DNA from: a virus
Taxonomy: Duplodnaviria; Caudoviricetes
Virus record (IMG/VR): IMGVR_UViG_3300049139_000071
Span: 1 to 43,387 of that record
Strand: one strand, 5' to 3'
DNA length: 43,387 nt
Positions within the stretch are counted from its first letter, which is position 1. Each line of letters starts with the position of its first letter. The position numbers and the translations under genes were made by a program. Under the pieces are notes generated by a model. It worked only from the letters and a program-made list of their open reading frames with translations, had not been told where the DNA came from and searched no databases. Shown here in pieces: positions 1 through 7,047 of the stretch.

Positions 1-132
1 GGCAATCTGCCCGGCCTCGATTGGGAGAAGCCCCTTGGCCAGTGGCACAAGGACCAGATCACGTCCTTTGCCTGGCAGATTCACAAGCTGACCGTTGCGG
101 CGTTAGCCGCACGGGACGAAGGCGCGACCGAC
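1..132 (+). repeat. Terminal direct repeat, left copy (probably an assembly circularisation overlap)
   Basis: 1-132 equals 43256-43387 except T6 vs C43261 (AAT/AAC, both Asn). Confidence 0.95.
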
Positions 133-252
133 AAGATCGTGAAGTACAACCGCGCTGAGCAAGAGCGGGAAGTATCGGCGGCGAATGGTGGGCCGTTGAT
201 GGACCGCCGAGAGCTTAACGACCAGATTCCGTTCGCACCGGAGTTTCGCTAA
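1..252 (+). CDS. 3' part of a conserved hypothetical phage protein that starts at 42938 and spans the junction
   Basis: Frame GNLPGLDWEKPLGQW...DQIPFAPEFR* continues the ORF from 42938; its TAA overlaps the next ATG (TAATG). Confidence 0.85.
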   Translation, partial: GNLPGLDWEKPLGQWHKDQITSFAWQIHKLTVAALAARDEGATDKIVKYNRAEQEREVSAANGGPLMDRRELNDQIPFAPEFR

Positions 253-677
253 TGCAAGGTGAAGTCTGGCGGGTCGTGCCGTCACAGCCGCAATTCTTGG
301 TTTCGAGCGAGGGGCGCATCATGGTCGCCCCTTATCAGGGACCTATGCCCAAGGGTGGTACTCGTTTCTATGGCGGCGAGCCACACTTCGGCGTCTGGAA
401 CAAGGCTGATGGCCGCTTCATCACCGTTTACAAAGGCCACACCTATAAGATCGCTCACCTTATTTGTGAGGCGTTCAATGGCGAGCGGCCAAACGATACC
501 GCTGTTTGCATGCATCGTGACGAGAACGCCGCCAACAATCGCCCCAACAATCTGGAATGGGGCACACAGAAGCAAAATCTGAACGCGCCGGCTTTCCTCG
601 AATACTGCAAAGCCAGAACTGGCGAAGACAATCCTTGGATCAAGGGCCGCATTGCTGCTGAGAAAGCCGCCTCGTGA
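252..677 (+). CDS. HNH endonuclease with NUMOD4-like N-terminus
   Basis: EVWRVVP..VSSEGRI N-terminus; AHLICEAF..VCMHRDENAANNRPNNLEWGTQKQN HNH core. Confidence 0.85.
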   Translation: MQGEVWRVVPSQPQFLVSSEGRIMVAPYQGPMPKGGTRFYGGEPHFGVWNKADGRFITVYKGHTYKIAHLICEAFNGERPNDTAVCMHRDENAANNRPNNLEWGTQKQNLNAPAFLEYCKARTGEDNPWIKGRIAAEKAAS

Positions 678-1402
678 TGCTCGACTTCAACCGCGAGAAC
701 CACGCCGCTTCCGACATCAATGCAGCCATCAATGCTGCGATGGATGCGGCTGCGTTGGCCGAACAGCGTGAGGAGCGCCGGACCTATCTTGGCGCTTCCG
801 GTATCGGGAGCGAGTGCCTGCGCAAAGTCCAATTCGATTGGACCCAAGACTCCACGCATCCGGCGCGGACCAAGCGCATCTTCTCGCGCGGGCATATGTT
901 CGAGGAGATCACCGTCAAGGCGATGGGGCAGGCGGGCTTTCGCATTGAGCGTGGAACGCCGGCCACCGCATTCTCAACTGCCGGCGACACGTTCAAGGGC
1001 CATGCGGACGGCATCATTCTCGATGGCCCGGTTATTCCCGGCCTTCGCTATCCCTGCCTGTTCGAACACAAAGCCCTTGGCTCGTCCGGCTGGCGCAAGC
1101 TGGAGAAGGACGGCATCAGGAAAGCCTATCCGCAATACTTCGACCAGTGCCAACTCTACATGGCTTACCTGGGCCTGGACGAGAACCCGGCTCTCTTCAC
1201 CGCCGTCAACTCTGACAACTGCGAAGTCTTGCATCTGTTGGTCGAGTTCGATGCAGCGGCGGCACAGGCGGCGAGTGACCGGGCGGTATCAGTCATCAAA
1301 GCCACCCAAGCCGGCGAGCTACTTCCACGCATAACCGACAAGCCAACAGACTGGCGTTGTAAAATGTGTAGCCACAAGGACCGTTGTTGGAATGCACCGT
1401 AA
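674..1402 (+). CDS. PD-(D/E)XK (Cas4/RecB-like) phage exonuclease
   Basis: YLGASGIG.EC, GHADGII, EHK and Q.QLYM motifs; C-terminal C..C....RC cluster. Confidence 0.85.
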   Translation: MMLDFNRENHAASDINAAINAAMDAAALAEQREERRTYLGASGIGSECLRKVQFDWTQDSTHPARTKRIFSRGHMFEEITVKAMGQAGFRIERGTPATAFSTAGDTFKGHADGIILDGPVIPGLRYPCLFEHKALGSSGWRKLEKDGIRKAYPQYFDQCQLYMAYLGLDENPALFTAVNSDNCEVLHLLVEFDAAAAQAASDRAVSVIKATQAGELLPRITDKPTDWRCKMCSHKDRCWNAP

Positions 1403-1425
1403 CGCGCACTAACCCAAAGGGTCGA

Positions 1426-3429
1426 ATGACGGGGCAAGTCCTAGACTTTAACCAAGCTAAGAAGCAGGGCGAACCGCCACGCGGCGGCGTCGATGCGGAC
1501 GATATTCGTGCGCGCCTGCATGCGGACCCGCGCGCCTTCGTGCAATGGCTCTATTCCGGACGGGCGCTATGCACCAAGACCGAGGCCCGGATCGGCAACG
1601 CATACGGCGAACCCGGCGCATCCCTCTCAATTCGTCTGTCCGGGCCGGACGCTGGCTTGTGGCATGACCACGCCACCGACCAGGGCGGGGATTTGATCGA
1701 ACTCTACCGGGCCTCTATGGGCTACACGGGCACGGCAAACTTCGTCCTCTCGCTGAAGGAAATCGCCAAGGATTTCTTCGGCGATCCGGTCGAAGTGGAG
1801 CGCTCGGCCTGGCAACCGTCCGCGCTGGAGCGGATCGAACAGAAGAAGCAAAAGCTCGGCACTAAGCCGCGCGCCGACATGCTGGAGCTGGGCGCTCCGG
1901 TCGCTACATACAAATACTACGACACCCGCGGCAATGTGCTGGCCTCCGTCGTGAGGTTTGAGCCGGACGGCACGCGGGAGTCCAAGACCTTCCGCCCATT
2001 CTGCTTCAAGACTATCGATGGCGTCACCAAATGGGTTCCAGGGACGCCGGACCTTCGCCCGTTGTATCACCTCCCCGAGGTTGCCACGGCGACGACGGTT
2101 GTCCTGTGCGAAGGTGAGGGGTGTGCTGATGCGCTAACCGCGCTCGGCATTACAGCGACGTCCGCCATGCAGGGTGCCAAAGCTCCGATCGACAAAACCG
2201 ACTGGTCGCCACTCGCCGGCAAGAAGGTCATCATCTGGCCGGACAACGACCCACCCGGATTCCAGTACGCCAAGGCGGCGTCAGAACGTCTCCTGGCCCT
2301 CGGCTGCACAGTGCTCGGAGTCACCCCGCCGGCTGATGCGCCCGCCAAATGGGATGCCGCCGATTGTGTTGCGGAAGGTAAGGACGCTCATGCACTGATC
2401 GCCGGGGCAACCCCGGTCATTGCCGTAGCCAAACCAAAGCCGCGCATCAAGCTCCTGAAGCTCTCCGAGCTGGACAGCCTGCAACCGCCGGCTTGGCTGA
2501 TCCAGGATGTCATCACCGAGCATGGCCTCTCGATGATCTGGGGCCGGTCAGGGTCGCTCAAATCCTTTATCGCGCTGGATATGGGCCTGTGCGTCGCCAC
2601 CGGCCGAGACTGGCACGGCAAACCCGTCAAACAGGGCCGGGTGATTTACCTCGCAGCAGAAGGCGCACATGGCCTGGGAGGCCGCGCAATCGGCTGGGTG
2701 AAGTCGAAGCAGATCGATGCGCCGAAGTTCGAGCTTATCCCGCACGGGCTGACGCTGACCAAGGACGATGACCTGACCGCCATGATCGAGGCAATCACCG
2801 CCGACCCGGAGCCGATCGCCTTCATTGCCGTTGACACGCTATCCCGCACGTTCGGCGGCGGTAACCCTAACCAGCCGTCCGACATGAATCTGTTCGTCAC
2901 CGCGGCCGACCGGCTGAAAGAGGCCACTCAAGCCCATGTGATGATCATCCATCACGGCGGCAAGGACACGGACAAGAACGAGCTGGGCAACGAGGGCCTG
3001 CGCAACGCATCCGATACCGTCATCCACGTTCGCCGCAAATCTGAAACAGTCGAACTGATCAACGAAGCACCCAAAGGCAAGCAGAAAGACGCCGAAGAGT
3101 TCAAGCCGATCACACTCCGCCCGACCAAGATCGCATACGACCAGAACGGAACCGAAAAGACGACGCTGGTAATGGTCCTGCACGACACCCAGGCAGACGG
3201 CGAGGACGCTCAGAGGAGCGAGGCGCCCCGGCTCGGGAAGGTGGAAAGAGATGTCCTGAAGGCGCTGGCAGATGCCGGCGGAGATGCCTTGGGACTGACC
3301 CGCCTCGCGCTCATGACCAGCGCACACAAGAAGTCTCTGACCCGCGCGCTCGACAATCTGATGGACAAGGAACTGGTCATCAGGGCCGACGACGGGGACG
3401 AAAATCGCAAACTTTGGAAGCTCGCATGA
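1426..3429 (+). CDS. DNA primase (TOPRIM) fused to an AAA_25/RepA-type helicase with a C-terminal winged helix
   Basis: CEGEGCADAL and IWPDND..G TOPRIM motifs; Walker A GRSGSLKS; Walker B IAVDTLSR; IIHHGGKD; start placed at ATG 1426. Confidence 0.88.
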   Translation: MTGQVLDFNQAKKQGEPPRGGVDADDIRARLHADPRAFVQWLYSGRALCTKTEARIGNAYGEPGASLSIRLSGPDAGLWHDHATDQGGDLIELYRASMGYTGTANFVLSLKEIAKDFFGDPVEVERSAWQPSALERIEQKKQKLGTKPRADMLELGAPVATYKYYDTRGNVLASVVRFEPDGTRESKTFRPFCFKTIDGVTKWVPGTPDLRPLYHLPEVATATTVVLCEGEGCADALTALGITATSAMQGAKAPIDKTDWSPLAGKKVIIWPDNDPPGFQYAKAASERLLALGCTVLGVTPPADAPAKWDAADCVAEGKDAHALIAGATPVIAVAKPKPRIKLLKLSELDSLQPPAWLIQDVITEHGLSMIWGRSGSLKSFIALDMGLCVATGRDWHGKPVKQGRVIYLAAEGAHGLGGRAIGWVKSKQIDAPKFELIPHGLTLTKDDDLTAMIEAITADPEPIAFIAVDTLSRTFGGGNPNQPSDMNLFVTAADRLKEATQAHVMIIHHGGKDTDKNELGNEGLRNASDTVIHVRRKSETVELINEAPKGKQKDAEEFKPITLRPTKIAYDQNGTEKTTLVMVLHDTQADGEDAQRSEAPRLGKVERDVLKALADAGGDALGLTRLALMTSAHKKSLTRALDNLMDKELVIRADDGDENRKLWKLA

Positions 3430-3430
3430 T

Positions 3431-3540
3431 TGGTGGCGTTGGTGGCGTTTTAGGTGGCGCGCCACCTGTCGAGAATTGGTGGCGTTGGTGGCGCTCCCCT
3501 TTAGGGGAGCCACCTGCGCCACCACATCGACCGCCACCAC
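3431..3540. repeat. Iteron-like GGTGGCG/CGCCACC cluster with palindromes; putative replication origin
   Basis: GGTGGCG at 3432, 3441, 3453, 3478, 3487; inverted CGCCACC at 3460, 3517, 3532; hairpin GCTCCCCT-TT-AGGGGAGC; directly after the primase-helicase stop. Confidence 0.65.
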
Positions 3541-3574
3541 TCGGACCGGGCATCAACACGGGGCATTGCATCAC

Positions 3575-4105
3575 ATGGCATGGTACATCGCGATCACGAA
3601 TCCGAACTGTCATCGTCGGGCAGAGGCGGAACTGGCAGCGCTTGGCTACCGAGCGTTCTGGCCGAAGTTGCGGAAGTGGGTGTCTCACGCTCGCGTGAAG
3701 ATGCCGAAGGAGTATCCCATCCTGGGTCGGTATCTGTTCGTGGAAGTGCCGGACGGGAATTTCTGGACCGTGCGCAACGTGAACGGCGTGGAGGGCTTGC
3801 TGACGGGGGATCGCGGCGAGCCTGCGCCTGTGCCGAGCAGCGTCGTTTTCGGCTTCCTGGAGCGCTACATGGCCGGGGAGTGGGATTACGTGCGCGGCGA
3901 AAGGCCGGTCTTCGATGAGGCCGGCAAGCTGATCAGGTACGAGCGGCAGCACATCCCGACAGGTGCCCGCATTCGAGTCATGGAAGGCGAGTTTGCGAAT
4001 TTGCTGACGATCGTGCGCGGGCGCCGCAATGGACGGTTGAAGTTCTTGCCGCCGGGCAAGCGTGACTTCGTGTTCACCCGCGAAGAAAACGCGAGGGCGG
4101 CATGA
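3575..4105 (+). CDS. NusG/RfaH-family transcription antitermination factor
   Basis: NGN domain (WYIAITNP..YPILGRYLFV..VRNVNGVEGLL) plus KOW-like motif (GARIRVMEGEFA). Confidence 0.85.
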   Translation: MAWYIAITNPNCHRRAEAELAALGYRAFWPKLRKWVSHARVKMPKEYPILGRYLFVEVPDGNFWTVRNVNGVEGLLTGDRGEPAPVPSSVVFGFLERYMAGEWDYVRGERPVFDEAGKLIRYERQHIPTGARIRVMEGEFANLLTIVRGRRNGRLKFLPPGKRDFVFTREENARAA

Positions 4106-4269
4106 GTGAGAAGACCGTGGATCAGCTCCAGCGTGAGGACGTTGAGCGTCAGGCGCTGGAGGAAGCTGCGCGCAGGATCGAATCTCTCGCCGGCAACGAG
4201 CTGTATCGCAAGGCATGGGCGAAAGCTGCGAAGGCTGTTCGCGCTTTGAAAGATTTAACCAGAAGTTAA
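4102..4269 (+). CDS. Small hypothetical protein (55 aa)
   Basis: ATGA overlap with the NusG-like stop; MSEKTVDQLQREDVERQALEEAARRIE..; below the ORF-track cutoff. Confidence 0.6.
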   Translation: MSEKTVDQLQREDVERQALEEAARRIESLAGNELYRKAWAKAAKAVRALKDLTRS

Positions 4270-4300
4270 ATGACGGATAGGGGCGAACGTGAGTACACAA
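4255..4300 (+). promoter_or_regulatory. CtrA box (TTAA-N7-TTAA) abutting a putative late promoter
   Basis: TTAA-CCAGAAG-TTAA at 4255-4269, then ATGACG (4270-4275) and TACACA (4294-4299) as possible -35/-10. Confidence 0.6.
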
Positions 4301-4331
4301 TCACAGATGCCGGTCCTCGTTTCACCCGCAG

Positions 4332-4490
4332 GGCGGCTTGTGTCCGCCAAAAGCTTTTCAGTTCGGACAGTCTGACCAACCCCCGCACCACCAAGCCTTG
4401 ATAACCCCTGTCATGCAGGGTGCGATGAGGCGCTAGGTCTGGCTGTCCGATTCAGTTTGGGGACAATGGCCGCACGTTTCGCAGCGGCTC
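4332..4490 (+). ncRNA. Structured leader RNA upstream of the late operon
   Basis: TCGGACAGTCTGACC (4363-4377) pairs with GGTCTGGCTGTCCGA (4436-4450); internal hairpins; flanking GGCGG/CCGCC and GCCGC/GCGGC stems. Confidence 0.45.
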
Positions 4491-4514
4491 ATCACTGGTA
4501 AATCAGCGCAGGGG

Positions 4515-4859
4515 ATGACGCGGATGAGGTTGGTGATCTTGGAAAGCCCATATGCGGGCGATATCGAGGCAAACGTCACTTACGCTCGCGCTTGCGTTCG
4601 CGACAGCCTTTCTCGCGGCGAAGCGCCGATAGCTTCTCATCTGCTCTACACGCAGCCCGGCGTTCTTCGTGACGAGGTGGCTGAAGAGCGCCAATGGGGC
4701 ATTGATGCGGGGCTTGCTTGGAAGCAGGTCGCGCACGCGAGCGTTGTCTATACCGATCGCGGTATCACCAAGGGCATGGAGTACGGCATAGCCGCCGCAG
4801 AGAAGGCGGGTATTCCCGTTGAATACCGAAATATCGCGTCACAGCAACGGGCCGAATGA
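4515..4859 (+). CDS. Conserved phage protein, nucleoside deoxyribosyltransferase-like fold
   Basis: ILESPYAGD.E.N..YAR, P.ASHLLY and D.GITKGM..GI pattern. Confidence 0.65.
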   Translation: MTRMRLVILESPYAGDIEANVTYARACVRDSLSRGEAPIASHLLYTQPGVLRDEVAEERQWGIDAGLAWKQVAHASVVYTDRGITKGMEYGIAAAEKAGIPVEYRNIASQQRAE

Positions 4860-5068
4860 TCACCAGCAATGACTCTCACCCCAGCACGGCGGTAATTGTC
4901 CCCATGTCTATCATCCACGATTTCCGCGCTATCTCAGCCGCCGCCAATCTTCGTGCGCTCGAAGGAAGGCCGCAGAACGAGGTGCCCGAGGCGAAGGAGA
5001 AGGTTGTTGAGGGCAAGCCGGTTGGGGACGATGACGGCGGCTATCTGATCTTCGATACGGATTATTGA
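4856..5068 (+). CDS. Hypothetical protein
   Basis: ATGA-coupled to the upstream gene; TGATG-coupled to the next. Confidence 0.5.
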   Translation: MITSNDSHPSTAVIVPMSIIHDFRAISAAANLRALEGRPQNEVPEAKEKVVEGKPVGDDDGGYLIFDTDY

Positions 5069-5163
5069 TGACCGTAGACAATCTCAAATCCTATGTGTTC
5101 TGGACTCTTGTAGGCGCAAGCTACCTTGCTGCGTTCCTTCTGGGGGTTGGTTGGGGACAATGA
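5068..5163 (+). CDS. 31-aa membrane peptide
   Basis: MTVDNLKSYVFWTLVGASYLAAFLLGVGWGQ; TGATG coupling. Confidence 0.5.
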   Translation: MTVDNLKSYVFWTLVGASYLAAFLLGVGWGQ

Positions 5164-5172
5164 CCGCCGCAA

Positions 5173-5382
5173 TTGCGGAAGCTCAAGTCAGGTAAACTGA
5201 TGTTTGAAACCGTTGAAGTGCCGTTCCAAATCTCCGACGAAAAGCGCGTGCTGACTGTGAAGCAAGTTTGTGAAGAGCCGGGACTTGCCGCTTTCATCGG
5301 ACGCTTCCGTGATTGTTTTGAGTATGACGCCTTGCGCGAATGCTGGAACTACTTGCCAGATAGTCAACGTGCTGGAGGCTGA
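5173..5382 (+). CDS. Hypothetical protein
   Basis: ORF on the operon strand; start uncertain. Confidence 0.45.
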   Translation: MRKLKSGKLMFETVEVPFQISDEKRVLTVKQVCEEPGLAAFIGRFRDCFEYDALRECWNYLPDSQRAGG

Positions 5383-5423
5383 GAATGCGCGTCTTTTTTG
5401 GTTGTCTCCTGTTGAGGGCTGGC

Positions 5424-5555
5424 ATGGCTCTCTTGCCAAAGGATGTTCGCCAGATGGTTCGCAGAGTGCTGATGTACCACGTTCCTGGAGGGCTGACGGA
5501 AGCCGAGAAGGCAGATGTCGAGAGGCGCGTTGGTTCTGTTCGCCTAGCAGCGTGA
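5424..5555 (+). CDS. Small hypothetical protein (43 aa)
   Basis: GAGG RBS then MALLPKDVRQMVRRVLMYHVPGGLTEAEKADVERRVGSVRLAA. Confidence 0.45.
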   Translation: MALLPKDVRQMVRRVLMYHVPGGLTEAEKADVERRVGSVRLAA

Positions 5556-5565
5556 CCTCGGAGGT

Positions 5566-5760
5566 TTGAGGATGCATCCATACGACGCTTTGACCGTGTG
5601 CGGATATTACTGCACCCACTGTGGCGCATGTTCGCCCGAGCCTCGGGACGAGGAATGCACGTTTAAGAAGCACTGCGTTTTTGCACTCCGCTTCTCTGAA
5701 GACACCGAGCAACGGAAGGCCGGATCACCAGCGACGACTTTCAACGCACAGGAGCGGTAG
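5566..5760 (+). CDS. Small Cys-rich protein
   Basis: GGAGG RBS; C..YCTHCGAC...C....C. Confidence 0.5.
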   Translation: MRMHPYDALTVCGYYCTHCGACSPEPRDEECTFKKHCVFALRFSEDTEQRKAGSPATTFNAQER

Positions 5761-5967
5761 TTGTCCACAAACATCATCCACTACCACTCTGACAGCCGCA
5801 CAGCCGAGAGATGGTCGAAGATGGAGCGGCTACACTTGGAGCGGCGATTGCATGATCAGATCATGTCTTGTACGGCGCAGGATTGGCTAGTTCACGCGCC
5901 GTCTAGCACCGCCGACACAGCCCCTTGTGAACTCTCCTACCAAGCCTCGGAAGGCGATCCGGCGTAA
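5761..5967 (+). CDS. Hypothetical protein
   Basis: Fills a gap in the operon; TTG start; weak support. Confidence 0.4.
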   Translation: MSTNIIHYHSDSRTAERWSKMERLHLERRLHDQIMSCTAQDWLVHAPSSTADTAPCELSYQASEGDPA

Positions 5968-5979
5968 CCAGGGGAAACC

Positions 5980-6174
5980 ATGACCGATTACCGAGCCAAT
6001 CTCGAAAAGCGGAAGGCCGAATTACTGGCGTTCCTGAAAACCGCACAGGCACAAATCCAGCAGGCGATTGGCGAGCTGAACAAGATCGAAGGCAAGTTGG
6101 AAGCGCACGCGGAGCTTGTCGGTGATGGGGCCGGAGATTTCACGGGCGAACTTTCAGCGGGGAATGGAGCATGA
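5980..6174 (+). CDS. Small coiled-coil protein
   Basis: AGGGG RBS; heptad pattern LEKRKAELLAFL..IQQAIGELNKIEGKL. Confidence 0.7.
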   Translation: MTDYRANLEKRKAELLAFLKTAQAQIQQAIGELNKIEGKLEAHAELVGDGAGDFTGELSAGNGA

Positions 6175-6434
6175 ACGTATCACGCAGGTCATTCTTTGGC
6201 TTTGGTGCCACTGCCGTGGGCGCGGCGGTTGGCGTTGCTCTCGTTGCGAAGCAGGGGCAGTCTGCTCCTGTGAGTAGCGCTGTCCGCTTTCGGACGCCAA
6301 CCGAACTCATTCCCCGCTCAGCCGTCACCGGCGCACACACCCACACACTGACGACGGCTGAAATGCCGTCCCACACCCATTCCGTTTGGGACGGTCAGAA
6401 GTATGTTTATCCGCCGGCTGAATGGTTTCGTTGA
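6171..6434 (+). CDS. Small protein with a twin-arginine (Tat)-like signal and a tail-fibre-type HxH motif
   Basis: SRRSFF plus hydrophobic stretch; C-terminal GAHTHTLTTAEMPSHTH. Confidence 0.7.
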   Translation: MNVSRRSFFGFGATAVGAAVGVALVAKQGQSAPVSSAVRFRTPTELIPRSAVTGAHTHTLTTAEMPSHTHSVWDGQKYVYPPAEWFR

Positions 6435-6625
6435 TGCCAGCCAAGAAGCAGCTTGACATTTGCGGCAAGTGTCGCTTCGCTCGCCCGATCAACGGCAACG
6501 ACGCAGCGATTTCCTGTCAGCGTCATCCACCGAAGGTTACGAGCGTTGTGAACAACCAGATCACGTCGCACTGGCCGCTGTTGGGCAAGGATCAGTGGTG
6601 TGGATGCTTTGAGGCGAAGAAGTGA
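6434..6625 (+). CDS. Small Cys-rich phage protein
   Basis: CGKCRF..CQRHPP..WP....WCG.F pattern; coupled to terS. Confidence 0.7.
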   Translation: MPAKKQLDICGKCRFARPINGNDAAISCQRHPPKVTSVVNNQITSHWPLLGKDQWCGCFEAKK

Positions 6626-7047
6626 CTGGAAGGCCGTCAAGCTACACCGATGACATCGCCTTCGTCGTCTGTGAGCGACTGAGCCAAGGTGAAAGCCTTC
6701 GCAGGATTTGTTCCGACGAAGAAATGCCGGGCAAATCAACTGTCATGCGCTGGTTGAACGATAACAAGGACTTTCGGGACCAATACGCGCGCGCACGCGA
6801 GGCGCAGGCCGACTACTTCGCTGAAGAGATTGTCGAAATCGCCGATGACAGCTCGGAGGATGCGGTTGCTGATCCTGAAACCGGTGCTGTTCGGCAGAAC
6901 GCAGAATTCGTGAACCGCTCCCGGCTTCGGGTCGATACCCGCAAGTGGCTGATGGCCCGCATGGCGCCGAAGAAGTACGGCGACAAGATCACGCAGGAGC
7001 ATCAGGGGCCTGACGGCGGCCCGCTAGTGATCTCGTGGTTGAAATAG
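6622..7047 (+). CDS. terS: Terminase small subunit (Sf6 gp1-like)
   Basis: GRPSSYT..CERLSQGESLRRIC..YARAREAQAD..RLRVDTRKW..PKKYG; directly upstream of terL. Confidence 0.92.
   Translation: MTGRPSSYTDDIAFVVCERLSQGESLRRICSDEEMPGKSTVMRWLNDNKDFRDQYARAREAQADYFAEEIVEIADDSSEDAVADPETGAVRQNAEFVNRSRLRVDTRKWLMARMAPKKYGDKITQEHQGPDGGPLVISWLK

Noticed and set aside
674-1402. CRISPR-associated Cas4 / CRISPR array
   Set aside because: No repeat-spacer array or other cas genes seen; the context is a phage Sak4-SSB-exonuclease module
4331-4343. RfaH ops element
   Set aside because: GGCGGCTTGTG only loosely resembles GGCGGTAGnnTG and is explained as a hairpin arm
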